A DNA stretch of 64,000 bases from Sedimentisphaerales bacterium (GCA_963663965.2 CAXXFK010000006.1:128001-192000), one strand, 5' to 3'. Shown: positions 1 to 10,780, counted from the first letter of the stretch. Notes: a model not told the origin generated them from the sequence alone. Numbers and translations are program-made.

Positions 1-342
1 CATGAAATAAATTCAAATGACATTACTTATAAGCAGGATTGGATGTTAGTCGGGGAATCTTATGAAATTTCTCCCGATGAATTCATTGTACAATGTCTGC
101 AACAGGCTTATGAGACAGTTACCGGCCGTCCGCTGGCCATCAAGGGGCATAGCAGCGTGACCGATGCCTGTCGGCTGGTGAGTCAGGGGCATATCCCAAC
201 GGTTCTCTGTGGATTTGGCACGGAAACCGGCCATGCTGATTTTGAGTATGTTACTGTCGAGCAAATAGTGACTTCCTGCCGCATCGCATTCATGACAGTA
301 TGGTATTATCTCCATCAGTATGTAAGAAGGGAACCGATATGA
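1..342 (+). CDS. M20/ArgE-DapE family metallo-deacylase, C-terminal part (5' end outside the window)
   Basis: Frame open from base 1. C-terminal M20 pattern 'SSVTDACRL...IPTVLCGFG...GHADFEYV'. Stop overlaps the next ATG (ATGA, 339-342). Confidence 0.75.
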   Translation, partial: HEINSNDITYKQDWMLVGESYEISPDEFIVQCLQQAYETVTGRPLAIKGHSSVTDACRLVSQGHIPTVLCGFGTETGHADFEYVTVEQIVTSCRIAFMTVWYYLHQYVRREPI

Positions 343-1349
343 AAGCTGTGGTATGGACAGGCAATCGACAATTTGAACTGCATCAGGTTTCCGAACCGGA
401 GATTCAATCTCAACAGGTTCTGGTGAAGGTTAAAGCCGCTTCAATTTGCACATCCGATTTTCATTATGATGATTATAATTGTGTACCGCCGATTATTCCC
501 GGCCATGAAATTGCCGGGATTGTACATGCCGTTGGCGCCGGGGTGGTTTCGTTTCAGGTTGGTCAGCGAGTTACGCTTGATCCCGTCCAGCGCTGCGGAC
601 AATGCCGTTGCTGCCAAGATGGCATCGAACATTTGTGTTTAAATGTTCGACATCTGGGCGGCACTGGGATTCCGGGGGGATGGGCGGAATATGTAGCGAT
701 TGACGCACAAAACGCATATCCTATTCCAGAATCGATATCATTTGAACAGGCCGCGCTGACCGAACCGGCGGCTGTCTGTCTGGAGAGTTTTCAACGTGCT
801 CGTTTTAAAAATGGGCAGACCGTAGTAATTATGGGGGATGGAACTTTTGGATTTATCCATGCCATGTTTGCGAGAATTCTGGGAGCCCAAATTATTATTG
901 TGGCCGGACATTACCCTGAGAGGCTCAGCCGCATTGCCAAAAATACCGGAGCAATCATCTGCAATACCCATGATGAGCCGCTCGATACCTGTTTAAATAA
1001 GATGGGTATTGATTCGAGTGTTGATCTGGTAATCGAAGCTACGGGAAGCAGGACGGTTCCCAATACTGCCCTGAACGTATTGCGACCTCAAGGGGTGTTG
1101 ATTCTGTTTAGTTACATCTGGGATCCTGAACCGTTGGATCTCGGTCTGATTCATATGAAAGAACTCAATGTCCTGGGGGCGTGCCGGTCATCGCATTGCT
1201 TTGAAAAATGTCTGGAGTTGATGGATCAGGGATTATTGGATCCTGGCGAGTTGATAGATATCGAAGCGCCGCTGCAGGAGGTTGGAATGGCCATGAAATT
1301 ATTGGTAGTTGACAAAAAAAACCGGTTTAAGGCGGTTTTGATTCCTTGA
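339..1349 (+). CDS. Zinc-dependent alcohol/sugar dehydrogenase (MDR family)
   Basis: ICTSD, GHE, structural-Zn cluster CGQCRCCQDGIEHLC, Rossmann-type GDGTFG. Start placed at ATG 339 (MKAVVW), coupled to the upstream stop. Confidence 0.92.
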   Translation: MKAVVWTGNRQFELHQVSEPEIQSQQVLVKVKAASICTSDFHYDDYNCVPPIIPGHEIAGIVHAVGAGVVSFQVGQRVTLDPVQRCGQCRCCQDGIEHLCLNVRHLGGTGIPGGWAEYVAIDAQNAYPIPESISFEQAALTEPAAVCLESFQRARFKNGQTVVIMGDGTFGFIHAMFARILGAQIIIVAGHYPERLSRIAKNTGAIICNTHDEPLDTCLNKMGIDSSVDLVIEATGSRTVPNTALNVLRPQGVLILFSYIWDPEPLDLGLIHMKELNVLGACRSSHCFEKCLELMDQGLLDPGELIDIEAPLQEVGMAMKLLVVDKKNRFKAVLIP

Positions 1350-1365
1350 AACAGATGAGGTAAAG

Positions 1366-2118
1366 TTGAAGGCAATACAGGACTATACGATTTCTCCCGA
1401 CCAGGCAGTTCTGCAATTTCTTGGGCAGGCAGGATTTTTGATTCATTCCTGCGGACAAACGATTGTTATCGATCCCTATCTGAGTGATTCTGTGGCGAAA
1501 GTATCTCCCGGACTGACGCGGCTAACGCCGCCGCCAATTTTGCCTTCGCAATTGAATGCGGATATTTATATCGTCACGCACGATCATCTGGATCATCTTG
1601 ACCCCGAGACCCTCAAGGGGTATTGTTATGTTGAAACGACGACTTTTGTTGCCCCCCGACTGGCATGCGACACATTGAGACGGCTGGGAATTCCGGAGAA
1701 AAATATCATACAAATTGACAGTGGTCAGAGGAACATTCTGAAAGGAATCGAAATTAACGGAATCTACGCAGTGGCCAGTGAGCCGTCGGTGATCGATACG
1801 ACCGGATATCTGCTTAAATTTCCCAATGGGCGCAGTGTTTATCACAGTTCCGATACGAGTTATTCTGAATTACTGTTACAGTGTGCGCCCCGAGCTGAAG
1901 TCGCATTGGTCTGTATTAATGGACAATGGGGTAATCTGAATATCGAGCAAGCCGCCCAGCTGGTCAACGGTGTCAAGCCGCGTTATGCCATTCCGCACCA
2001 TTATGATGTCATGGCTTTGAATGCAAAAAATCCTGAAACGTTTAAATATCAAATGAATTATGTCAATCCTGAAGTTGAGGTTGTCATATTGAGCCAGTTA
2101 GAAACGTTCATCTGGTAA
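1366..2118 (+). CDS. MBL-fold metallo-hydrolase, UlaG-like sugar lactonase
   Basis: 'FLGQAGF', 'IDPYLS', THDHLDHLD, 'YHSSDT', 'IPHHYD'. TTG start after GAGG. Confidence 0.85.
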   Translation: MKAIQDYTISPDQAVLQFLGQAGFLIHSCGQTIVIDPYLSDSVAKVSPGLTRLTPPPILPSQLNADIYIVTHDHLDHLDPETLKGYCYVETTTFVAPRLACDTLRRLGIPEKNIIQIDSGQRNILKGIEINGIYAVASEPSVIDTTGYLLKFPNGRSVYHSSDTSYSELLLQCAPRAEVALVCINGQWGNLNIEQAAQLVNGVKPRYAIPHHYDVMALNAKNPETFKYQMNYVNPEVEVVILSQLETFIW

Positions 2119-2146
2119 AAATCGTCAATTATAAAAATAAAACAAA

Positions 2147-3910
2147 ATGGAAAGTCCAAGCCTGTTAAATACCGAATCATTACGACTGGATATATTAGAT
2201 TATATCTCATTTGGGTTATATTTTGTTGTCCTGTGTGTGATAGGCATCTGGTCAGGCAGCAAAAGAAAGACCGGCAGTGAAGACTATTTTCTGGCCGGGC
2301 GTACCCTGCCGTGGTATGTCGTGGGTACTTCATTTATTGCGTCTAATATCAGCAGCGAACATTTCATCGGTATGATTGGCGCGACGTTTATATATGGAAT
2401 ATCCGTGGCGATGTACGAATGGGGGAATATTAATTCTTTTACAGTGCTGATCTGGTTATTTATTCCCTTTTTGCTGGCAACCAAGGTGTTTACCATTCCA
2501 GAATTTCTGGAAAAACGATTTAATAACACATTACGGCAGTTTTTTGCCTTTCTGACTGTTGTCAGTAATATTATCGCGTTTCTGGCTACTGTATTATATG
2601 GTGGGGGATTGGCCTTGCATGCCTTGTTTGGCTGGCCGCTATGGTTTGCGATCATTACGCTTGGAATTGTCGCCGGTTCCTGGGCGATTTATGGCGGTTT
2701 ACGATCAGTTGCCTGGACTGATTTTTTTACGGTAATTATTATGATCGCCGGGGGATTGATGGTAACGATCCTGGGACTATATATGTTATCCGGGCCCGAA
2801 CATTCACTGGTTAAGGGATGGGAAGTAATGATCCGGAATAATCAGGCTCATGATGGAATCTGGGCTGAGGCCGTCGTCCAGAATGCTCAAAATATAGTCG
2901 CTCAGGATACTTATGACCGATTATCCGTTATTCAGCCGGCGACCCATAAAATCGTGCCGTGGCCTAGTTTGATATTTGGCTTTCTGACTTCCGGTATCTG
3001 GTATTGTGTTTTAAATCAATTTATGATCCAGCGTGTTCTGGGCGCGAAAAATATGTATCATGCCCGGATGGGGATCGTGCTTGCCGGGTATTTGAAAATT
3101 TTGATGCCGGTGATTGTCGTGGTTCCTGGTTTGATTCTGTTTGCTAAATATCCTGAGGTGATGCTGCAGCCGTGGGATGATATAAAGCAGGCCGCGGATA
3201 AAGGTTATGTCCATATGCTACAGACGCTGGTTCCGGCCGGACTGCGCGGTCTGTTTTTAGCCGCATTATTTGGCGCGATTCAATCTACGATCAATTCCGT
3301 ATTGAATTCGTCGGCAACGATTGTCACGCTGGATATTTATCAACGCATTTTCAACAAAAATGCCGCAGAACGAAAACTGGTATGGGTTGGAGTGATGTCG
3401 TCAATTGTCATATTGATGTTTTCTATTATCATGGCGATGTTCATAGGGAAGTGGGGTGAAAGTCTATTTGTCTATATCCAGACACTTTATGCCTTTTTCG
3501 CGCCACCATTTGCCGCGGTTTTCCTGTTGGGTATCTTATTCAAGCGGATTAATGCCCTTGGAGCCACAGTGGCAGTTTTTGCCGGATTTGCTTTTGGGAT
3601 ATTGCAGAAAATGTATCTGATGCTCTGGCCGGACCTGTTTGGGCCGACAGTGTTACACCTGATCGAGCCGTTCAGTAACCAGGCCCTGATCCATTGGGGA
3701 TTCTGCGTTTTGGTCTGTATTATTGTCAGCCTTCTATCGCATCCTCCCAGGCCCGAACAAATTACAGATCAACTGACATTGAACTGGAAGAAGCTGAATA
3801 TATTTTCGGATCTGGGTGGTACATGGTATCAAAGCGTTATTTTATGGTGGGGTCTATTTGCCACCGGGATTATCGGTTTAATCATTAGTTTTTCTAATAA
3901 AATGCATTAA
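2147..3910 (+). CDS. Sodium:solute symporter (SSS/SLC5), probable sugar transporter
   Basis: 'EDYFLAGR', 'ASNISSEHFIG', 'YGGLRSVAWTD', 'NQFMIQRVLGAK', many transmembrane segments. Confidence 0.95.
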   Translation: MESPSLLNTESLRLDILDYISFGLYFVVLCVIGIWSGSKRKTGSEDYFLAGRTLPWYVVGTSFIASNISSEHFIGMIGATFIYGISVAMYEWGNINSFTVLIWLFIPFLLATKVFTIPEFLEKRFNNTLRQFFAFLTVVSNIIAFLATVLYGGGLALHALFGWPLWFAIITLGIVAGSWAIYGGLRSVAWTDFFTVIIMIAGGLMVTILGLYMLSGPEHSLVKGWEVMIRNNQAHDGIWAEAVVQNAQNIVAQDTYDRLSVIQPATHKIVPWPSLIFGFLTSGIWYCVLNQFMIQRVLGAKNMYHARMGIVLAGYLKILMPVIVVVPGLILFAKYPEVMLQPWDDIKQAADKGYVHMLQTLVPAGLRGLFLAALFGAIQSTINSVLNSSATIVTLDIYQRIFNKNAAERKLVWVGVMSSIVILMFSIIMAMFIGKWGESLFVYIQTLYAFFAPPFAAVFLLGILFKRINALGATVAVFAGFAFGILQKMYLMLWPDLFGPTVLHLIEPFSNQALIHWGFCVLVCIIVSLLSHPPRPEQITDQLTLNWKKLNIFSDLGGTWYQSVILWWGLFATGIIGLIISFSNKMH

Positions 3911-3919
3911 AGGGCAGAT

Positions 3920-6664
3920 ATGAAAGCAAGATATATTATGGGCACCTCTAAAAATTCATTTTGGGCTGCAAGCGGTCTGATTTTCCTTTGGACTGCGTCA
4001 CAAAAAACCGTGAATATTTACAAATATGCCCGGTTCTTTGTTACTTGCCAGAAAAAAATCATCCTCGCTTTCGCCTCTAAAGCAATTATTAGAGGTACCC
4101 TTATTATTTACAGTGTTCTATGTTTTCTGTTTATTGTCAGCAACGTATCGGGCGTCACGGTCGAAAGTGGCGAGTTTACAAAAATTTACGATCCGAGTGC
4201 AGGTGAAAAAAACGACTGGTATATCAACGATCATTGTTTTATTCGTGGCCGGGACGGTATCTGGCATTTGTTTGGCATTACCCATGCTGAACCTTTGGAT
4301 CCCATGGATGAAGATAATCTGGCCCATGCTACAGCAGGGGCGTTGACCCAATGCCCCTGGCGGAAACAACCATTTGCCTTGAGTGTCGAGCCAGTCTGGA
4401 ATGAAATCCATTTATGGGCGCCGCATGTGATTGAACATGAAGGTGTTTACTATATGTATTATTGTGCCGGCGATACTAATCATACCAAATATAAGATTCA
4501 TCTGGCTATTTCCCATGATCTTACGAATTGGGAACGCCATCCTGATAATCCTGTCATCGTTGACGGTTTTGATGCCAGGGATCCGTATATTTTCAGGCAT
4601 GAAGATGGCTGGATTATGTATTATACGGCCACATCGGATCCGGTAAAGGGCAATCATATTGTTGCCTGCCAGATCAGTAACGATCTGATACACTGGTCCG
4701 ACCGCCGGGTTGTGTTTGTCGACCCATCCATTGGTACCTGGGGCGGCCCAACTGAATCGCCTACGGTGATACGCCGTGGTGACAGTTATTATTTATTTAT
4801 TGGTCCTCGAGACCATTATCAAGGCACCTGTATTTATCGGAGTTCGAATCCATTTCATTGGGAAATAGACGATCTGGCCGGTCAAATAAACGCTCATGCC
4901 GCTGAAGTGATTCGGTGTGGACAGGGGAACTGGTATGTCAGTCATTGCGGTTGGGGTCAGGGAGGGGTGTACCTGGCGCCGTTAATCTGGAATGATGATT
5001 TGAATAATACGGACACTTCATTACAGCCGGGTAATGGTATTCGTCTGACAGAAAAGGCTGATAGGGCTGATATGGTTAGGTTGCCCATGACGGAATATCG
5101 CGATAAAATGATGGCGGGCTGGCTGGGGCAGATGGTGGGTGTGGCGTGGGGATTTCCGGTGGAATTTAAATATCTGGGCCAGATGATTCCGGAAAATAAG
5201 GTGCCGCAATGGAAGCCGGATATGATTAATGACGCTTTTGAGCAAGATGATTTGTATGTGGAGATGACATTTTTACGTACGTTACAGCAATATGGATTTG
5301 ATGTGTCCGGGCGACAGGCGGGTATCGATTTTGCCAATACCTTGTACCCACTCTGGCACGCGAATAATGCCGGACGTATTAATTTAAGGCAAGGTGTCGC
5401 TCCGCCTGATTCGGGGCATCCCAGATATAACTCGCACGCTGATGATATCGACTATCAGATTGAGGCTGATTTTGCGGGATTGATCAGTCCGGCGCTGGGT
5501 AATCATGCTATTGAACTGGGAAATACTTTCGGGAGAATAGTCAATTATGGCGATGGATTGTATGGAGGGCAATTCGTCGCGGCCATGTATAGTCTGGCTT
5601 TCATTGAAAAAGAACCTGAAAAAATTATAACCGGGGCGCTGGATTATATTCCCAAAGACAGTCAATACGCCCAGGCGATTTGTGATGTATTGAAATGGTA
5701 TCGGGAATATCCACAGGACTGGACCCGAACCTGGGAATTGATCGACCAGAAATATCAGCGGAATCCTGACTATCGCAAATTCAGCTGTGACCGGGGGAAA
5801 TTCAATATCGACGCGAAAATCAATGGCGCTTATATAGTGATGGGTTTGCTTTATGGAGAAAAGGATATCGCGAAAACTATCCAGATTTCGATGCGTTGCG
5901 GACAGGACGCGGATTGCAATCCATCCAATGCCGCCGGTATTCTTTTTGCGACAATTGGATATCAAAAGCTACCTGCTATTTATAAAGCATTTGATCCAGA
6001 TCGTCAGTTTATCCATACGCCTTATGATTTGCTGAATTTATTTGATGTCTGTGAAACGCTGGCCCGGTTGTCCGTATATCGATTGGGTGGGTATACCGAA
6101 TCGGATGGGGCTGGCAATGAAATTCTGGTGATACCCCAATTACAGCCTAAGCCCAATCCATTAGAAGAATCATTTCAACCGGGTCCGGTAGCGGATAGCC
6201 ATTACTCCATGGCAGAAATGGCTAAGATCATAAACGGTTTACAACTGACTGGCGGGCCGGTCGCGCCGGGGTGGATGATTAAAAATTGCGGCGCTGATAT
6301 GGCTCCGGGTTATTATAAGGGCTTTAATGGCCGGACGGATGTACTTGTGACACATCCACTGGATCAGGATACGGGGTGTTCCCTGAGCAAAGAAATTCCA
6401 ATACCTAAGGATGGCAAAACCAGTTTGTTATTGACTGTTGGTCATCATGCCCAGGGAGATTGGGTATTGATTGTCAAGGCCAATGGGAAGATTATCCTCA
6501 AAAAGGAGGTTGATGCAAAAAATGCGCCGGATGGATATATGAATATCGAGGTAGAGTTATCGGCTTATGCTGGTCAAAAGATCCTTCTTGAAATTATCAA
6601 TCAACCCAATGGCTGGGCCTGGGAAGGTGGGTACTGGGATCGGATTGAAGTGGTGACGCGATAA
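3920..6664 (+). CDS. Fusion: five-bladed beta-propeller glycosidase (GH32/GH43-like) + ADP-ribosylglycohydrolase-family domain + C-terminal beta-sandwich
   Basis: N-half WYINDH / LWAPHV / ARDP / TESP propeller acidic motifs. C-half 'AGWLGQMVGVAWG', 'QDDLYVE', 'GQDADCN' ARH-type motifs. True start may be downstream of 3920. Confidence 0.75.
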   Translation: MKARYIMGTSKNSFWAASGLIFLWTASQKTVNIYKYARFFVTCQKKIILAFASKAIIRGTLIIYSVLCFLFIVSNVSGVTVESGEFTKIYDPSAGEKNDWYINDHCFIRGRDGIWHLFGITHAEPLDPMDEDNLAHATAGALTQCPWRKQPFALSVEPVWNEIHLWAPHVIEHEGVYYMYYCAGDTNHTKYKIHLAISHDLTNWERHPDNPVIVDGFDARDPYIFRHEDGWIMYYTATSDPVKGNHIVACQISNDLIHWSDRRVVFVDPSIGTWGGPTESPTVIRRGDSYYLFIGPRDHYQGTCIYRSSNPFHWEIDDLAGQINAHAAEVIRCGQGNWYVSHCGWGQGGVYLAPLIWNDDLNNTDTSLQPGNGIRLTEKADRADMVRLPMTEYRDKMMAGWLGQMVGVAWGFPVEFKYLGQMIPENKVPQWKPDMINDAFEQDDLYVEMTFLRTLQQYGFDVSGRQAGIDFANTLYPLWHANNAGRINLRQGVAPPDSGHPRYNSHADDIDYQIEADFAGLISPALGNHAIELGNTFGRIVNYGDGLYGGQFVAAMYSLAFIEKEPEKIITGALDYIPKDSQYAQAICDVLKWYREYPQDWTRTWELIDQKYQRNPDYRKFSCDRGKFNIDAKINGAYIVMGLLYGEKDIAKTIQISMRCGQDADCNPSNAAGILFATIGYQKLPAIYKAFDPDRQFIHTPYDLLNLFDVCETLARLSVYRLGGYTESDGAGNEILVIPQLQPKPNPLEESFQPGPVADSHYSMAEMAKIINGLQLTGGPVAPGWMIKNCGADMAPGYYKGFNGRTDVLVTHPLDQDTGCSLSKEIPIPKDGKTSLLLTVGHHAQGDWVLIVKANGKIILKKEVDAKNAPDGYMNIEVELSAYAGQKILLEIINQPNGWAWEGGYWDRIEVVTR

Positions 6665-6682
6665 TAGCATGAGGAAAATATA

Positions 6683-7810
6683 ATGAAAATTGTGAAATAC
6701 ATATTGATCATTTCTGTGGTGGTTTTGATGTTAGCTGGCTGCGCGACTGATCCGTTGCGAGTCAAGCCGTCTGAAATTGTGTCTCCGGTTGGATTTGTCA
6801 AAGGTTTCTCCTGGGGTTGGATCGGCTGGCGTGGTCAGTATGAAGGAGAGGCGCCCAGGGAATCGATGCAGAAGCTGGCGGCTACTAACGCGAACTGGGC
6901 ATGTCTGGCTTTTGGGGCGGAAATGGAAACATTTGATTCACCCAGGATACTGTGGTCTGTTGGTAATCCTAAGATGGTCACCGATGATGAAATTCGGCGG
7001 GCGATTCGTCTGGCACGAGAAAATGGGCTAAAGATTATTTTAAAACCGGTGGTTAATGTACGAGATGGGACATGGCGGGCCTGGATCAAGTTTGAAAAAG
7101 AAGATGGCGCGAAAGATCAAGCGGCATGGGAAAACTGGTGGGGTGATTTCAGGGCCATGTTAATCCATTATGCCGAAATTGCCCGAGATACCCAATGTGA
7201 AATGTTGTGTCTTGGTTGTGAAATGGAAGCGACAGAGGATTCAGCAGACAAATGGCGCTCCTTAATTGCAGATATACGGAAGGTTTATCCTGGGGTGATC
7301 ACTTATAACGCCAACCATGGGAGGGAAGATAAGATTGGCTGGTGGGACGCTGTGGATGTGATCAGTATCAGCGCATACTATCCGGTGGGTACTGACGCTC
7401 TGGATCAGGCTTTGGCGGATGATTTGAGTAAGGTACCGCCTTCGGACAACTCTCTGGCAGCACTTAAGCGCCGATGGTTGCCCCGAAAAAAGGCGCTGGC
7501 GGCATTAAGCGCTCAATTAAACCGCCCAATTTTGTTTATTGAACTGGGGGTATGCAGTGCACGGGGATTCAGCGCCGCGCCGTGGACTCATCATCAGCCG
7601 ATGGCCGTGTATGATGGGGATGAACAGCGGCGTTATTATCAAGCCACAATAGAAACTTTCTGGGATGAACCCTGGTTTATCGGTTTTGCCTGGTGGGCCT
7701 GGGAGCCGCAATTGTATTCGCTGGAAGAGGCGAAAACGGACACGGGATTCTGCATTTATGGAAAACCCGCGGAAAAGCTGGTGACGGAATGGTATCGAAA
7801 ACCAAGATAA
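6683..7810 (+). CDS. GH113-like (beta-mannanase-type) TIM-barrel glycosidase, lipoprotein
   Basis: Lipobox LAGC; 'LKPVVN..DGTWRA', 'GCEM', 'TYNAN', 'ISAYYP', 'PILFIELG'. Confidence 0.8.
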   Translation: MKIVKYILIISVVVLMLAGCATDPLRVKPSEIVSPVGFVKGFSWGWIGWRGQYEGEAPRESMQKLAATNANWACLAFGAEMETFDSPRILWSVGNPKMVTDDEIRRAIRLARENGLKIILKPVVNVRDGTWRAWIKFEKEDGAKDQAAWENWWGDFRAMLIHYAEIARDTQCEMLCLGCEMEATEDSADKWRSLIADIRKVYPGVITYNANHGREDKIGWWDAVDVISISAYYPVGTDALDQALADDLSKVPPSDNSLAALKRRWLPRKKALAALSAQLNRPILFIELGVCSARGFSAAPWTHHQPMAVYDGDEQRRYYQATIETFWDEPWFIGFAWWAWEPQLYSLEEAKTDTGFCIYGKPAEKLVTEWYRKPR

Positions 7811-7846
7811 AACACTCTAAATAACCGATCATTAGGAGATAAGACT

Positions 7847-9196
7847 TTGAAGCTTACGGAAAGACAAATCAGCCTGTTAAAGAATACTTTTCTGGATTAT
7901 CAGCAGACATCGGCGTTTATAGAGGCCCCTTTGGTACTCGAGAAAGCGGAAGGATTGTATTACTGGGATGCCGATGGTAAACGTTATTTTGACGCGATAG
8001 GTGGTATATTTGTAGCGTCACTGGGGCATCGGCATCCGCGCGTAATCGAGGCGCTCAAGCGTCAGGCTGATATAATTACTTTCGCGCCGCCCCTGCATGG
8101 GATTGCCAATGTGACGCTTGATTTTATTGAGAAGCTGGGGGCAGTTACGCCGGAGAATCTGAATTATATTAAGCCGTATAGCGGCGGTTCGGAATCAGTG
8201 GAGAGCGCGCTGAAGTTTGTGCGTCAGTATTACAAGCAGACCGGGCATCCGGGTAAATACAAATTTATCTCGCGCTACTTCGGATATCATGGCAGCACTT
8301 ATGGCGCAATGGCGGCGAGCGGCACCGGGAAACGAAAGACCAAGTTTGAGCCCCAGATGGCGGGATTTTACAAAGTGCCGCCACCGACTTACTGGCGGGA
8401 TCGGTTTACTTCCTGGGAGGAGTGCAATCGATTTTCGGCGCAGGCGATCGAAGATGTGATCTTGAACGAAGATCCGGAAACGGTAGCGGGGGTGATTTTA
8501 GAGCCCGTGGGTAATACCGGTGGGGTCATTACTCCAACCCAGGAGTATTATCAACTGGTGCGACAGATTTGCGATCAGTATCATGTCAAGCTGATCTTCG
8601 ATGAGATTATTACTGGATTTGGCAAGACGGGAGCCATGTTCGCGGCCCAGACTTATGACGTGACACCCGATATCATTTGCAGCGGCAAGGGTTTATCCAG
8701 TGGGGTGTTGCCGTTGGGTGCGATGATGGCGCGTGAGGAAATGGGGGATGCTTTTTATGGTGAAGCTGAAGCGGATGTGCAATTCGCGCACGGCAATACA
8801 TTCGCGGGCAATCCGCTGGCATGTGCTGTTGGGATGGCAGTGATCGATGAGATTGTGGAGAAGCGACTGGATCGAAAGGCACAAAATCTGGGGGCGTATC
8901 TGTTTGGCAAGCTGGAACGACTTAAGAAATATGAGGTGGTGCGTGAAGTACGCGGCAAGGGGATCCTGCTGGGCGTGGAACTGGTGCGGGATACCCTGAC
9001 GAACCAACCGTTTCCCGAATTGGGCAAGGCATTGAAGCGGACCAGTTTAGAGAACGGATTGATATTACGCGTGGATCCAAGCTGGTTTGCGGTGGCACCG
9101 GCCCTGATCGCGGAAGAATCCGATCTGGATGAGATGGTGGATCTGATCGACAAGAGTTTGAAGCAGGCGCTCGATCTTGTAAGACAAAGATCGTAA
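7847..9196 (+). CDS. Class III PLP-dependent aminotransferase
   Basis: 'SGGSESVESALK', 'GYHGST', 'IFDEIITGFGKTG', 'PDIICSGKGLSSG', 'HGNTFAGNP'. Confidence 0.95.
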   Translation: MKLTERQISLLKNTFLDYQQTSAFIEAPLVLEKAEGLYYWDADGKRYFDAIGGIFVASLGHRHPRVIEALKRQADIITFAPPLHGIANVTLDFIEKLGAVTPENLNYIKPYSGGSESVESALKFVRQYYKQTGHPGKYKFISRYFGYHGSTYGAMAASGTGKRKTKFEPQMAGFYKVPPPTYWRDRFTSWEECNRFSAQAIEDVILNEDPETVAGVILEPVGNTGGVITPTQEYYQLVRQICDQYHVKLIFDEIITGFGKTGAMFAAQTYDVTPDIICSGKGLSSGVLPLGAMMAREEMGDAFYGEAEADVQFAHGNTFAGNPLACAVGMAVIDEIVEKRLDRKAQNLGAYLFGKLERLKKYEVVREVRGKGILLGVELVRDTLTNQPFPELGKALKRTSLENGLILRVDPSWFAVAPALIAEESDLDEMVDLIDKSLKQALDLVRQRS

Positions 9197-9274
9197 CCAG
9201 CGAGTCCGTTTTGTCTCACTTTGTGATCAGCATTAACCGAAGGGGTCCCAAAGAGACTTATCTCTCTCCTGTGA

Positions 9275-10780
9275 GTGCCAAAATTAATGTCCCATAATTT
9301 CCATGAATACAGACACTTAAATAACGTTCGGATGAACCTAAATGCGGATTTCTTGCTGATTTGATAGATTTTGGGACTATGAAACAGCGGATATGGATCA
9401 CCTTGTGACGTATATGGCCTACTGCATCAATAAAGAACTCTATCAGGCGATTGAGTATCTCAAAACTCAGGTGGAAGTCTTGATTGAACAACAGGAGCAA
9501 CAGAACAAACGCATTCTGTTGACCAATCCTCAACGGACAAGAATGGCAGCTAAGGCTAAACAACTCAGTCGAAAGATGCTGGAACAATGTACGGTATTGT
9601 TTACCCCCGACACGGTGATGCGATGGTATCATAAACTGATCGCAGAAAAGTATGATGGCACTAAGCAGCGTGGCAAGCCGGGGCGACCACAAATCTGTTA
9701 GGACATTATCCAGCTGGTCATTCAAATGAAGCAGGAGAATCTCCGCTGGGGTTATCAGAAGATTACTGATCAGGTTGTGTACCTGGGTTATGAAATCAGT
9801 AAGTCCACAGTCAAAAATATTCTGTTTGAAAATGGTTTCGATCCTGAACCGGATTTAACCATCCGATCCGCCTGGCATGAATTTATCAGAAGTCATTGGG
9901 AGGTATTGGCCGCCTGCGACTTTTTCACGATGGAGCTTCTCGTGGACACTAAACTGGTCCGTTGCACGGTTTTCTTTGTGATAGAGCTGGCTTCCCGGAG
10001 AATCTGTTTTGCACCCATCAAGCTTCAGCCGGATGGCCCGTATATGCGTCAGGTGGCCCGGATTTTAACCGATAGTGATCAGGGCTTCCTGAATGGTAAA
10101 CGCTATCTAATCCATGATCGGGATCCGTTGTATGCCTCTGAGGGATTTGTTGAGCTCTTAAAAGGCTCAGGAGTCCAGACCCTGAAGTTGCCGGCCCGAA
10201 GTCCAGATTTAAATTGCTACTCGGAACGCTTCGTGAAATCCGTCAAATCCGAATGTTTAGATCACCTGCTATTGTCATCGGTTGAGCAACTGAAATATGT
10301 TCTGACCCAATATGAAAAATACTATCATCACGAGAGAATTCATCAATCATTGGGAAGAATCATTGATCCAAAGCATCCGGTGGATGGCACCTCAGAGATT
10401 CAGTGCATAGAGCGACTGGGTGGATTGCTGAAATCGTATCATCGATTGGCGGGTTAAGTCTTTATCATTTCGACAGATCCTCCCTAATTGCAGATAGAAT
10501 CTGCGCTCAGGGAATACATTTCAATGGCGGATCAATTCTAAGGTTATTTACTCGCCACTTTCACTCTTAATGGTCGAGTGAAAACGCTCCAATTTCGGCT
10601 GATTTTCTGAAAACTAACTGGTCGTATGAACATAAATTTAACTGCGGATGAATTTTTGCGCTGTAAGAGATGCGCCGGAAGTGGAATGTATTGGGAAGGG
10701 AAAGGCTCATAAGCAATATAAGTTTGGTTGTAAAGTCAGTGTCTGTTTTCAAGGAAATTATGGAATGTTAATTTTTGCGC
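9275..10780 (+). mobile_element. Insertion sequence (rve/DDE integrase-core type) bounded by imperfect ~44-bp terminal inverted repeats
   Basis: Left end 9275-9318 GTGCCAAAATTAATGTCCCATAATTTCCATGAATACAGACACTT matches the reverse complement of 10737-10780 at about 36/44 positions (counted by eye). The repeats enclose a DDE transposase. No clear target-site duplication. Confidence 0.8.
9379..10457 (+). pseudogene. Disrupted integrase-core (DDE) transposase
   Basis: DDE motifs 'AACDFF', 'IHDRD', 'YSERF'. In-frame TAG at 9699-9701 separates ORFs 9393-9701 and 9726-10457, which share a frame. Probable extra 1-nt deletion near 9402 (ATG 9379 reads MKQRIWIT, then shifts into LVTYMAY). Confidence 0.8.
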
